Positions 30,501 to 39,097 are shown, numbered from the stretch's first letter. The stretch: DNA of 64,000 bases from an uncultured virus (IMG/VR IMGVR_UViG_3300037418_002259) (IMGVR_UViG_3300037418_002259); one strand, 5' to 3'. Notes: generated from the letters alone by a model not told the origin. A program made the numbers and translations.

Positions 30501-31174
30501 GGGGGGCAACGCAGCCGCCCAACTCCAGTTTCCACCTGCAATACACCGGGAATACGAACACGACCTGGCAGACCATGGCTACGGCGACCGCCGTCCCGCC
30601 GACGGTCAACAACTTCCCGCTGGCGACCGCCGCGAAGATCCGCAACCCCGATGACTCCCTGGTCATCTCCGGCGACGGATCAATCAAAGCGGCATCAATC
30701 AAGGTCGACATCGACGACGTCGCGATCGACGGCCCGTACTACTACGCATGGATCAACTCTCAGGCAGGTGTCGCCACCAACGTGCTGACGACCCTCACCG
30801 GCTACACCGGTGACGGATCTCCGTTCAACCGAGGGATCACGGTCGCGTCCGGGGTGTTCACCTTGCCGAAGGCGGGCCGCTACAACTTCCGCGCCCAGCT
30901 GTATTGGACCGCGACTACCCCGAACACGGCGGTCGGTCAGCGACTCCTGCAGTGCGTGATGGTGTCGCCGTCGCTCACGATCACGAGTCACACGGTCGTG
31001 CCCAACACCACGATCGACGTGGTCAACATGATCGACAAGGACTATCGCGTAGCAGCTGGTGCCCAGGTGTTCTTCCGCTTCCGGCACACGCAGGGCGCAA
31101 CGCCCTCCACTCTCGCCCCGCAGACAGCGTCACTCGACCTGTCGTGGGTCCAAATCAAGTACGTCGGTGCGTAA
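27587..31174 (+). CDS. tail fibre/host-specificity protein
   Basis: GTGA coupling; FN3-like segments and three GDLWFDTDD-type repeats. Confidence 0.75.
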   Translation: MSTAARTVADQIAALQKAVEDLQRAPRLANASIEGFPLTVNDEDGQQRQTIGLQPDGTYTTVDVNGPPPPVPSLPTIEARPGALVVTWDGTFAGGVAPPADWDHVEVHRSTTSGYTPTDETQVATFNTLKGGSLTLALDPVAHYIVFQAVSTSRTESAPTAEVAGTPLPAATADGVKTYYEDTPPLGLGADDDGSLWFDTNDGNHPYRWDGPTLQWLTVRDGSIAAASAAAATAQTQANNALTAAQAAQATADGAIRTYYQSNPPWANGSSQPAEVVGDLWFDTDDGQAYRWNGTTWVIIEDNSIAAALAAAQNAQTTADGKITSYYQTTTPTIGELGDLWYDTDDQNKPYYCSSVTPLTWTSLRDGTIAQAQQTANDALDAATTDGLAPTSSPDPMWLAGIGMFIIRWEPIVNADPVTYEVHISSTLGFTPTAGDPATLVGTTDGSQFTVRALPGPDPAPGEVDPRALDYDTTYYVRIIATDADGAAPYSLQTPASALRVTGIDLAVDSVTAANIVAGTLTGELFSATVIMAGTFKTAETGQRIEFGIAGIRGYKSDGSLMINFPTADGEEALFDGEMIARGLTVLKGASFSGDSELNADSTWTLQSGITSPSATPQVGVTYDAIQISTAGLTAAEKTGALGTFDLVPTEVSCIEWKQSSPDYWVVHQIRSNGTRAWLFRVSTGAPDILAGGQHFTDYADWEYHSVWQIPASGAHPGVYRMGRWIPDGALNTYYLSSPAGLNRYSRQNGVAPPAIGSDGNFIFTAEVINTSLRVRYWVPDGAGGNLTSPTQTFESGQGYTASHALCTILYSSVGFDTGSSGGTGKFAVAERGWNTNQRLLNEPAASGGTLYPDGSGGSWTSSTKEASSFESPTSNRRAMAWDATNSCFWTFGADGYMYKHTSERWDPSVTSSKFWAAVTYYDDVGTPHETLPGPPKSYTANRRAKNYFNVPPLSSTPTAEEPNKARLYMARGATQPPNSSFHLQYTGNTNTTWQTMATATAVPPTVNNFPLATAAKIRNPDDSLVISGDGSIKAASIKVDIDDVAIDGPYYYAWINSQAGVATNVLTTLTGYTGDGSPFNRGITVASGVFTLPKAGRYNFRAQLYWTATTPNTAVGQRLLQCVMVSPSLTITSHTVVPNTTIDVVNMIDKDYRVAAGAQVFFRFRHTQGATPSTLAPQTASLDLSWVQIKYVGA

Positions 31175-31194
31175 AGCAGAAAGGAACCTTCCGC

Positions 31195-31470
31195 GTGCCT
31201 CTCTCCCCGCCGCAAGGCAGTGAAGATAACGCCACATACTCCGCTGGCCTCATAGAACTGGCCACGGATCCGCGGTACTTCAACTCCATGTCGGTCCGAT
31301 TCGAGGTCAGTTCGATGCCCGGCTCCGATAACCCGCCCAGCGAGGTAGTGGACCAGATCATGCAGGACCTGGTCGACCATTTCGCCGCCTATCCGCAGGC
31401 AAAGACCGTGTCCATTTCCAAGGGCTGGGGTTTCTCCCGGACCATGACCCCTACGGAGGCACCAGCATGA
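31195..31470 (+). CDS. hypothetical protein
   Basis: RBS GAAAGGA; ATGA overlap with the next gene. Confidence 0.6.
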   Translation: MPLSPPQGSEDNATYSAGLIELATDPRYFNSMSVRFEVSSMPGSDNPPSEVVDQIMQDLVDHFAAYPQAKTVSISKGWGFSRTMTPTEAPA

Positions 31471-32120
31471 CCGACTACGGATCTGGCGCGCTCGGCGATT
31501 ACAGCGGCCTGACGCACTCCATCTCGTCCAACTGGACCCAGTTGGACGACCCCGAGGGCTCGCCGCGGCCACGCGTCGGGTTCCTCGGCGACTCGATCGG
31601 CAACCGGGGCCGGACCAAGCTGGCGTCGATGCTGATGGCCGAGTTCGGTGCCGACATGGCATGGGACTGCTGGTCCGGCGCGCCGGCGACCCCGCTCGTC
31701 GACGCCCAACTGGCCCGCAACCTGTGGCCCGAGGTCTTGCTCTTCGGGCTCGGCACGAACAACTGTTTCGACCCGCCGTCCTTCGCGGGCCAGATCCAGC
31801 GACTGATCGACGCGGCTCCGGCCTCGACGACGATCGTGGCGATCGACACCTACGTCGCCCGGGCCAGCGTCACCGACGCCGTCAAGCTGCACGACGTACG
31901 GAACAGCGGATGGGTCAACGACCAGATCCACGCCGCGCTGCCGCCCGAGCGCGTAGTCGATTGGGTCGCCAACCTCGGCTACGCAGTCGGCCGTGGACGG
32001 GCGCTCAGCTACTACCTCGAGGATGGCGTGCACCCGTGGACGGCCGCCGGGACCGGTCACGCGAACGGCGTCGACTTCTGGGCCGAGATCGTCATGCAGA
32101 CGCTCCGGCCGCTGCTGTAG
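31467..32120 (+). CDS. SGNH/GDSL-family hydrolase
   Basis: GDS, LGTN and DGVHP catalytic blocks. Confidence 0.8.
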   Translation: MTDYGSGALGDYSGLTHSISSNWTQLDDPEGSPRPRVGFLGDSIGNRGRTKLASMLMAEFGADMAWDCWSGAPATPLVDAQLARNLWPEVLLFGLGTNNCFDPPSFAGQIQRLIDAAPASTTIVAIDTYVARASVTDAVKLHDVRNSGWVNDQIHAALPPERVVDWVANLGYAVGRGRALSYYLEDGVHPWTAAGTGHANGVDFWAEIVMQTLRPLL

Positions 32121-32134
32121 AAACCGTTGCGTTA

Positions 32135-32172
32135 CGAGGCTCCCGTCTGCTTGTCAAGGGGCGGGAGCCTCG
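32135..32172 (+). terminator. hairpin terminator
   Basis: cgaggctcccgtc/ggcgggagcctcg followed by ctgctttc. Confidence 0.6.
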
Positions 32173-32182
32173 CTGCTTTCTC

Positions 32183-32216
32183 CGACGCGACGTTAAGTGA
32201 CCACGAAATCTAGCCT
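32183..32216 (+). promoter_or_regulatory. class-A promoter (lysis genes)
   Basis: CGACGCGACGTTAA-N14-TAGCCT. Confidence 0.75.
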
Positions 32217-32222
32217 TCCAGC

Positions 32223-32477
32223 GTGGCTGACGAAACAGACAAGGCAGGCGAGGTTCCGGTGCCACCGGTCACCCCACCCGCCCCTCCGGCGAAGCGCGGA
32301 CTCCCCTCGGGATTCGCGTCGATCCGGGACCTGATCTGTTTCATCGCCGGCCTGATCATCATCGGGAACGAAGTGTTCTTTTCCCGGGGCGAGATCGAGG
32401 CGTACGCCATCGGAGTAGGTGTCGCGCTGCTCGGTCTGCCGCTGGTGTTCGGCGCAGATGAACGGAAGTCGAAGTGA
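32223..32477 (+). CDS. two-TM membrane protein (lysis cassette)
   Basis: Two hydrophobic helices; leaderless start 6 nt after the -10 TAGCCT. Confidence 0.7.
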   Translation: MADETDKAGEVPVPPVTPPAPPAKRGLPSGFASIRDLICFIAGLIIIGNEVFFSRGEIEAYAIGVGVALLGLPLVFGADERKSK

Positions 32478-32653
32478 CTCCGGGCCCTGCGCATCACCTG
32501 CGGCTGCCGGACACGGTCCGGCGTTGGCCGATCACGACCATCTACATCGTCGTGGCGCTGGCCGCGATTCTCGTGCTGCTGATCTGGGACCGGCTGGACG
32601 GCCCCACCCCGACCGTCTGCAGAACCGCAGCGGCCATCCTCACAGGAAGTTGA
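32474..32653 (+). CDS. 59-aa single-TM protein (not in the ORF track)
   Basis: GTGA overlap; TIYIVVALAAILVLLIW. Confidence 0.55.
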   Translation: MTPGPAHHLRLPDTVRRWPITTIYIVVALAAILVLLIWDRLDGPTPTVCRTAAAILTGS

Positions 32654-32658
32654 CCCGC

Positions 32659-33069
32659 ATGTTCGCACTCCTGGTGGTCGCCTACGTGGCCGACCTCGTC
32701 TCCTACACGGCTGCGTTCACGGCGCATGCCGCGGCGTACGTCGTACAGGCGCTGCCGCACGTCGCGCTCGACGACACCGTGTCGTGGGGCATCTTCGCCG
32801 GCGTGTTCACGCCGATCCTGACCTCGATCGCGCAGCGGAAGACCTGGTCGGGCCCGAAGCGGACCTTCGTCGGTCTGGGCATCTCGGTCGTGATCGCCGT
32901 ACTGACCTGCCTGGCCGATGGCACCTTCGACCACACCAAGACCCTGCTGGCGACTGTGGCGGCTGTGACGCTGGTGTCCGTGACGACCTATCACGGTCTC
33001 TGGAAGCCGTCCGGGGTCGCGCCCAAGATCGAGTCCGCGACCACGCCCGGCGCTCGACACGCAGCCTGA
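32659..33069 (+). CDS. holin-like membrane protein
   Basis: Several TM segments and the C-terminal Y.GLWKP.GV.PKIE..T motif of actinophage holins. Confidence 0.65.
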   Translation: MFALLVVAYVADLVSYTAAFTAHAAAYVVQALPHVALDDTVSWGIFAGVFTPILTSIAQRKTWSGPKRTFVGLGISVVIAVLTCLADGTFDHTKTLLATVAAVTLVSVTTYHGLWKPSGVAPKIESATTPGARHAA

Positions 33070-33120
33070 TTCCTGGACTGTCGTAGCGTCCGCGGGAACG
33101 CGGGCCCTACACTTGAGCAC

Positions 33121-33285
33121 AGGCCGCACCTGGCCTAGCCGTCATAGGACGCCCTCAGCTCGTTCATGCCGCGGTCACGCGGAGTCTCCGGCTGAATCGG
33201 TGGGCCGAAATCGTAGGTGAGGGGTTGCTCCCCCGTTAACAGCCGCGATACGGACCGGGTTTCGACCCGGAGCCAGGTGCGGCCT
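33121..33285 (+). ncRNA. candidate ~165-nt structured RNA
   Basis: -10 TACACT at 33108-13; perfect 14-bp terminal stem; internal hairpins including a UUCG loop. Confidence 0.55.
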
Positions 33286-33319
33286 CTCTCTTCCCCCTGG
33301 ACGCGTATCGCGCCGCGCG

Positions 33320-33349
33320 TTGCGCGCGGATGCTAAGGGCGTGTACGCT
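33320..33349 (+). promoter_or_regulatory. class-B promoter
   Basis: TTGCGC-18-TACGCT with GCTAAGGGCGTG in the spacer. Confidence 0.7.
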
Positions 33350-33373
33350 TGGGCTCGATGGGAGGAGTCTCAA

Positions 33374-33712
33374 GTGGCCACACGAACGAGCACCGAAGAG
33401 CCGCCCTGGGTAGCCCCGCAGCGCATCTACAAGGCAGCGGAGTTCGCCAGGCGACTGAAGGCGCTCGGGGTCACAGCAGACGACGTCGCACACTTCGACG
33501 ACCAGGACCGGAAGATGGCTGAGAACGCCACCGGGATCGGCCGGCGCAGTGACGAGACGTGGCTGCTGACCGCCAGCATGCTGGCGGGGTCCGCTCAGGT
33601 GGACTGCCCGTTCTGCGGCCACGGAGACCCCCAGGGCGTTCCTGGTCCTCCCCTCCCGTACGGCCACCGAGAGCCGTGCCGGAGCGAGATCGTGCGTACG
33701 CCGCGACGTTAA
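33374..33712 (+). CDS. hypothetical protein with CPFC motif
   Basis: RBS GGAGGAG; class-B promoter upstream. Confidence 0.65.
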   Translation: MATRTSTEEPPWVAPQRIYKAAEFARRLKALGVTADDVAHFDDQDRKMAENATGIGRRSDETWLLTASMLAGSAQVDCPFCGHGDPQGVPGPPLPYGHREPCRSEIVRTPRR

Positions 33713-33752
33713 CGGGCTACGCGACCAACCATGTCGGGATGAGCACCCCGGC
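33699..33752 (+). promoter_or_regulatory. class-A promoter plus ATGAGCAC-loop hairpin (recT)
   Basis: CGCCGCGACGTTAA-N14-AACCAT; hairpin at 33733-52. Confidence 0.65.
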
Positions 33753-33771
33753 GCTAGGAGACGAACACGAG

Positions 33772-35214
33772 ATGACAGTTACCGACGCCGACGTCGTGCA
33801 GGGTGAGATCACCACCCAGGACGAGGCACTGCAGCAAGCCCTCGACGAGGCCACGCTCGACGGCACCAAGCCCACCGAGTTGATCCATATCGAGTCTCGA
33901 TCCGGCAAGGGTCTGCTCACGATCGACCCGAACCAGACCGACTGGACGCCCGCACAGCGTACCTCGCTGAAGTCGATCGGAATCGAGACCGAGGGCAACG
34001 ACGCCGTCCCGATCCCCAACGTGCTCCAGTTTCTGCACATCTGCCAGATCCGGGACCTCGACCCGTTCCTGCGCGAGGCGTACCTGATCGTTCACGGGAA
34101 GATCAACGTCGGCTCGAACGGCAAGGTCTACGACGACCGCAAGTTCACCCTCGTGGTTGGCATCGACGGCTTCCGGAAGCGCGGCGAGGACACCGGCGAA
34201 TACGCCGGCCAGGTCGGGCCGGAGTGGTGCGGCGAGGACATGGTCTGGAAGAGCGCATGGAACCCGAAGTGGGGCGCGCCAGTCATGGCCCGTGTCGGGA
34301 TCATGCGCAAAGGCTTCGACGTACCGGTCTGGGGCGTCGCCGCGTTCGAAGAGTTCGTGCCGATGGTGCCCAAGTACGAGGGCCGGGGGGAGAACCGGCG
34401 CAAGGTCGGGATGACGCCCACCGACATGTGGCTGAAGATGCCAGCCAACCAGATCGCCAAGTGTGCCGAGGCCCAGGCCTTCCGCAAGACGTTCCCCCGC
34501 CAAATGTCCGGGATGTACGAGCCCGCCGAGATGCAGCGCGCCGAGACGGAGTACCAGCAGCAGCAGATCGACGCGCGCAACGAACAGTCGCGGCAGGTCC
34601 GGATGGCGGCGTACGCCGCCGCGCAGGCAGGTCAGGTTCCTGTGCCTGGCGAGGTTGTCGAAGGCGCGGCGCGCGCCCCGGAGCAGCCGGTTCCGGACGC
34701 GCGCGCGGGCGAGCCTGTCCCGGCTGGTCAGGCAGTGCGCGAGACGGTCGAGCAGATGCGCGCCGGGACGCGCGCGCCGCGAGGTGCCACGCGCGCGCCG
34801 GCGAGCGCGGTTGGAAGCGCGCCGAGCGCGCCGGATGACGCGCAGCGGCTCGACTGGGCGCGCGCGGAAGCGCAGTTCCAGGCCGGCCTGTTCGGTAAGA
34901 CCTTAGATGAGTTCTTCGCGCGTCAGAGCACGGTCCTCAAGAAGCTGCCGGGCGAATTCACCGCTGACGAACTGCTCCGGTCGATCCTGCCGCTGCGCGC
35001 GGCGGCGGTGGAGAAGCTGCGCAAGATCGGGCGCGGGGACGAGGCGGCGGCGTACGAGACGGTCCCGTCCGGCGCGCTCATGCCGCTCGACATGCTGGTC
35101 GGCACGCGCGCCGTCGTCGAGGTCGACCCGACCACGCCGCACGAGTACGCCGACCAGGGCGGCGTGTGCGAGCACTGCGGGCGGGAAGAGGGCGAGTCGA
35201 TCCACCCGGTCTGA
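33772..35214 (+). CDS. RecT/Bet-family single-strand annealing protein
   Basis: LDPF.RE.Y, VGIDGFR, W.KMP..QIAKCAEAQAFRK.FP...G.Y...EM motifs. Confidence 0.88.
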   Translation: MTVTDADVVQGEITTQDEALQQALDEATLDGTKPTELIHIESRSGKGLLTIDPNQTDWTPAQRTSLKSIGIETEGNDAVPIPNVLQFLHICQIRDLDPFLREAYLIVHGKINVGSNGKVYDDRKFTLVVGIDGFRKRGEDTGEYAGQVGPEWCGEDMVWKSAWNPKWGAPVMARVGIMRKGFDVPVWGVAAFEEFVPMVPKYEGRGENRRKVGMTPTDMWLKMPANQIAKCAEAQAFRKTFPRQMSGMYEPAEMQRAETEYQQQQIDARNEQSRQVRMAAYAAAQAGQVPVPGEVVEGAARAPEQPVPDARAGEPVPAGQAVRETVEQMRAGTRAPRGATRAPASAVGSAPSAPDDAQRLDWARAEAQFQAGLFGKTLDEFFARQSTVLKKLPGEFTADELLRSILPLRAAAVEKLRKIGRGDEAAAYETVPSGALMPLDMLVGTRAVVEVDPTTPHEYADQGGVCEHCGREEGESIHPV

Positions 35215-35232
35215 CCGGCTCAGGAAACACCT

Positions 35233-35265
35233 CGGCCCGGCACTCCCCTGCGGAGTGCCGGGCCG
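35233..35265. terminator. hairpin between convergent genes
   Basis: 14-bp inverted repeat cggcccggcactcc/ggagtgccgggccg. Confidence 0.7.
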
Positions 35266-35289
35266 GCTCTTGTGTGTGGTTGCCGGGAT

Positions 35290-35799
35290 CTATCCGGCGA
35301 GGCCGTCGCTGACGAGGCGCAGCGTCGGCTTGGGAGCGTTCTGGTCGCGGTGGCGGTCGCACCAGGCGTCCAGCTCGGCCGCGGTCTCGCGGATCTCCGC
35401 TTCGGTGAGCGGTACGTCGGCCATCAGGTGGGCCATCTCGATGGTGTCGGTGTCGTGCGGTGAGCCGCCGTTCAACAGCGCTAGCCACTCCTGCTCGATG
35501 GGCTCGTAGTGCTCTCGCACCCATTGCTCGCTATAGCCGTGAGCGTGGGCGATCTGCTGCCATGAATGGCCCAGCGCCCTTTCCAGGAGGACTGCGCGTA
35601 CCAATAGCTCGACTGCCATTTTGCGGACGCGTCTGGCCTGGGTGATGAACTCACCAGGCGGCCTTAGTTTGTCGCCGGTGGTAGGCACGACAGCGGCTGT
35701 GTAGTCGCTGATCTCGACAGATGCCAGCGCGTACCCCAGGCGAGCTGCCGCGTGCTGCGAAAGCGGTCTCTCAGACGTCGTCGGATCCTCAGTAGTCAT
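35290..35799 (-). CDS. hypothetical protein, possible HTH (G.SW..IA...G.S) segment
   Basis: Open frame; atypical codon usage; start uncertain. Confidence 0.55.
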   Translation of the reverse strand: MTTEDPTTSERPLSQHAAARLGYALASVEISDYTAAVVPTTGDKLRPPGEFITQARRVRKMAVELLVRAVLLERALGHSWQQIAHAHGYSEQWVREHYEPIEQEWLALLNGGSPHDTDTIEMAHLMADVPLTEAEIRETAAELDAWCDRHRDQNAPKPTLRLVSDGLAG

Positions 35800-36182
35800 T
35801 GGGCTTCCCGGGGTTTGGGGGCTGCCGCTTAAGACTTGCGGATGCGTGGGCTGCATTGAGTCGCCGGCACGCAGGTGGCGCAGGTTGTCTAAGGTCATGG
35901 AGTCCATTTCCGGTGCTGCTGTGGGGTGCTGCGGGGTGCATTGTTGCGCACCTGAAATGGTCGCCGATGGTAGGGGGTATCGAACAGGCCGTTAACTCCG
36001 GGACTAGTCCGGATAGCTCCGGCCCAGGTGCGCATTCATCCATCTCGGGCTCCCCTCTCCGAATGGAATTGCTCCGAGGCTAGCCGTCGATCGGTGGACC
36101 GGTCGAGCGGCGTCGCCGAACCTTCACACTTCTCCCAGTCTCGCACATCGTGTTGCGCGCCGCGCGCGGCACGATGTAGGCT

Positions 36183-36281
36183 GCGTATACGGGCTTAGCG
36201 TTCGCTCGACGCGACGTTAAGCACACACCAGTCCTACGGTCCCCCAATGGACCCCCGGACGACCCGCGGACGAGCACCCGC
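36183..36281 (+). promoter_or_regulatory. inverted class-B site, class-A promoter and ACGAGCAC hairpin (replication operon)
   Basis: B site 36183-200 (minus); A motif 36207-20 with TACGGT; hairpin 36266-81. Confidence 0.7.
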
Positions 36282-36332
36282 ACAGAGGAGACACCACATG
36301 CACAGCAGCAGCACTACCCCGGCCCGGCCTCG

Positions 36333-37745
36333 ATGACCGGGCACTTCACCCAGCAGGCGCGGCGGATCGTTGCCGCCGGCATCCCGTACGGGCCCCGCAC
36401 CAACCCCTGCGCCTGCGGCGACGGTCAGTACGCCCACGCGGGGAAGAAGGGCACCGGACGGTGCAGAGCGGTCCGCACCGTCGACGGCGACCCCGTCCCC
36501 TGTGGCTGCACCCGGTACCGTGTCGACCCCGCCTGGGATCTGGCCTACACCGCGATCGACGCAGCCAACACCAGCCTCGGCCACTCGCTGCGGAGCTACG
36601 ACCAGCAGCAGCGCGAGAAGCACTACCAGAAGAACCCGCGCCGCGAGGGCCAGTGGTCGCTCGGCCCGTCCGACGCCGGGACCTGCCGCCGCGCGATCTG
36701 GTACCGAAACCTCCCGCCCGAGGACCTGGTCCTCGACCCCACAGACGGCCGCGAGGCCCGCATGGGCGAGATCATCCACACCGAGGTCGAGCGGAGGCTG
36801 CGGGAGATGTACCCGTGGCGCGAGTACGAGGTCCCCGTCCAGCTTCCCGGGCTCGACCGCGACGCCCGCCCGGACTGGTATGACCCGATCACGGCCGAGA
36901 TCGAGGACCTGAAGACCGCTGGCGACTGGCGCTGGGATCAGGTCGACGACTTCGGCGTCTCCGAGGACGTGTGGAAGCAGGTCTTCCTGTACGGCCTCGC
37001 GAAGCACCGCCAGGGATACCCGGTCGAGACGATCCGCGTGACGTACCTGAAGCGCTGCAACGGCCACGACCAGACGTTCGTCGAGGACTTCGACCTGGAT
37101 CTGGCCGAGAAGTACCTCAACGAACTCCTGTCGATCGCTCAGGCGCTCGACATCGTGCACGCCGCCGACATGGACGACCCGGGCGAACTGCTGCCGCGGG
37201 ACCGGTCCGGGCCGTCGACGGATCCGCTGTGCAAGCGGTGCCCGTTCCGCAGCCACTGCTGGAACCTCGCGCAGGCGAAGGAGTCGCCGCGCTGGAACCT
37301 GGTCCGGTTGGGCGACGAACGCTCGGGGGAGTCGTACACGATCCTCGGCCCGGAACCAGTCGACGAGAACGTCGAGTGGGCGATTCAGCAGAACGTCGAG
37401 GCCAAGGCCCAGGCGCGTGACTGGGAGAAGGTCAAGGAAGAGACCAAGGCCCTGATCGAGGGACTGGAGCCGCGTCGCTACGGCGACCACAAGATCGATG
37501 AGCAGTGGTACGGCGGCGGCCCGGACTACAAGCAGGACTCCGCGAACCTGCGCCGGATGCTCGAAGCCGGAGAGATGCCCGACGTCGAAAACATGCCGAT
37601 CCCGACCCATCGCCATGTGCTCGTGCCGATCGCTCGCCGGATGCCGAAGTCCGTACTCGCCAAGGAAGAGCGCGAACGCAACAAGCAGCTCGCAGCCGCC
37701 GCGAAGGCTGCCGCCGCTGACCTGACAGAGGAGGCATCAGCATGA
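36333..37745 (+). CDS. Cas4-like PD-(D/E)XK exonuclease
   Basis: CRR..WY, G..IH, PD, DLKT, Q..LY and C..CPF...C (four Cys typical of an Fe-S staple). Confidence 0.8.
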   Translation: MTGHFTQQARRIVAAGIPYGPRTNPCACGDGQYAHAGKKGTGRCRAVRTVDGDPVPCGCTRYRVDPAWDLAYTAIDAANTSLGHSLRSYDQQQREKHYQKNPRREGQWSLGPSDAGTCRRAIWYRNLPPEDLVLDPTDGREARMGEIIHTEVERRLREMYPWREYEVPVQLPGLDRDARPDWYDPITAEIEDLKTAGDWRWDQVDDFGVSEDVWKQVFLYGLAKHRQGYPVETIRVTYLKRCNGHDQTFVEDFDLDLAEKYLNELLSIAQALDIVHAADMDDPGELLPRDRSGPSTDPLCKRCPFRSHCWNLAQAKESPRWNLVRLGDERSGESYTILGPEPVDENVEWAIQQNVEAKAQARDWEKVKEETKALIEGLEPRRYGDHKIDEQWYGGGPDYKQDSANLRRMLEAGEMPDVENMPIPTHRHVLVPIARRMPKSVLAKEERERNKQLAAAAKAAAADLTEEASA

Positions 37746-38023
37746 GCGACCTTGGAATCTGGTCCCTGCTGCCCATCGTGGCCGGCGACGCGATCGAGGA
37801 AGAGCCCAGCTGGCAGGAGCGCGCACTGTGCGCCCAGACCGACCCGGAGGCGTTCTTCCCGGAGAAGGGCGGATCGACGCGCGAGGCGAAGAAGGTGTGC
37901 CTCGGCTGCGACGTCCGCGGCGAGTGCCTCGAATACGCGCTGCAGAACGACGAGCGCTTCGGGATCTGGGGCGGCCTGTCGGAGCGCGAGCGCCGCAAGC
38001 TGAAGAAGGACCGAGCGGCGTGA
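37742..38023 (+). CDS. whiB: WhiB-family Fe-S transcription factor (WhiB/WhiB2-like)
   Basis: WQERALCAQTDPEAFFPEKGGSTREAKKVC..C.VR.ECLEYAL...GIWGGLSERERR. Confidence 0.95.
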   Translation: MSDLGIWSLLPIVAGDAIEEEPSWQERALCAQTDPEAFFPEKGGSTREAKKVCLGCDVRGECLEYALQNDERFGIWGGLSERERRKLKKDRAA

Positions 38024-38331
38024 TGGCGGACTTCCATGGCCCGGTCATGGCCGCCTCGTACTGCTCCGGCACCGGAAAGATGAGCTACACCACCCGCAAG
38101 CGCGCGAAGAAGGCCGGCAAAGTCGCGTTCCCCGGCGCGCACGCGTCGGCGTACCCGTGCGGTGACCACTGGCACTGGGGCAACCTCCACCCTGCGGTCA
38201 TCGCAGGCAAGCACACCCGGGCTGGCGAAGCCGCTGATCTGCCGCCACGACAGGCCTCGGTGCACGCCCAGGCCGCGGCAGCGATGCGCGCGATCTGGGC
38301 CGCCACCCACCCACAGAGCACGACCTCCTGA
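38023..38331 (+). CDS. hypothetical protein with C..GK..Y...A...AYPC..HWH motif
   Basis: TGATG coupling to whiB. Confidence 0.65.
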   Translation: MADFHGPVMAASYCSGTGKMSYTTRKRAKKAGKVAFPGAHASAYPCGDHWHWGNLHPAVIAGKHTRAGEAADLPPRQASVHAQAAAAMRAIWAATHPQSTTS

Positions 38332-38363
38332 ACCACCCAAACCCCCTGAGAGGAAACGATCCG

Positions 38364-38810
38364 GTGCCGAACCCTGAGACCGTGATCCGCGAAGCACTAC
38401 TACAACCCGTCCCCTGCCCGAACTGCGAGAAGACCGTCGCCTGCCGGTGCCTCGTCGGCCGGGCGCTCCGAGTCGAGGCCCAGGCGCGCGTCGTCGCCGA
38501 CGCCCTCGTCCAGGCCGGCATGCTGCCTGACCCGCAGCAGCCGGACGCCCCCACCGACGCCGATCTGGAGCAGGTCGCACGGTTCCTGGCCCAGGAGTCG
38601 CGGTTCGTCCGCTACTACGACCAGAACGACCCCGCCGACGACGGGTGGAAGGCCCTGCTGACCTCCGAGTACGACGTCGAGACGGCGTACGACAAGGCGA
38701 AAAAGGCCAACGAAGGCGGGGCCAAAGAGATCCTGGAAGGCCTCAGCCGTGCACGGAGCGTGCTGTTGGACCAGATCCGGCAGCGGCGTGCCGCCAAGGC
38801 GGGGGAGTGA
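38364..38810 (+). CDS. hypothetical protein
   Basis: RBS GAGAGGA. Confidence 0.65.
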   Translation: MPNPETVIREALLQPVPCPNCEKTVACRCLVGRALRVEAQARVVADALVQAGMLPDPQQPDAPTDADLEQVARFLAQESRFVRYYDQNDPADDGWKALLTSEYDVETAYDKAKKANEGGAKEILEGLSRARSVLLDQIRQRRAAKAGE

Positions 38811-39097
38811 AACGCGTGTACGTTCAGTCCAGAAACGACGACGGCGGCTTCGCCTCCAGAGGGTTGGCTCCCCTCGGTGACTACGCCGCCGTCAGCTCTC
38901 TATCGGAGTTCGTGGAAGTCCTCCGACCGAAGAGCAGCCCATCCGATGTCGTACTCATCAGGAGTGGCTCGATGACGAGCGTACCTGGCGTACCTGCCAA
39001 CCTCTACACCGACACGCGATCTCGCGTTCCTGTGCACGCGCTGAGCGTTCCCACGCTCCTCGCACCTCAGGCCGACAGCACGGAGGTGTCGGCATGA
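38807..39097 (+). CDS. hypothetical protein
   Basis: GTGA and ATGA overlaps on both ends. Confidence 0.5.
   Translation: MKRVYVQSRNDDGGFASRGLAPLGDYAAVSSLSEFVEVLRPKSSPSDVVLIRSGSMTSVPGVPANLYTDTRSRVPVHALSVPTLLAPQADSTEVSA

Noticed and set aside
36333..37745. Cas4-like gene as part of a CRISPR-Cas system
   Set aside because: No cas1/cas2 or array; the context near RecT indicates a phage recombination exonuclease.
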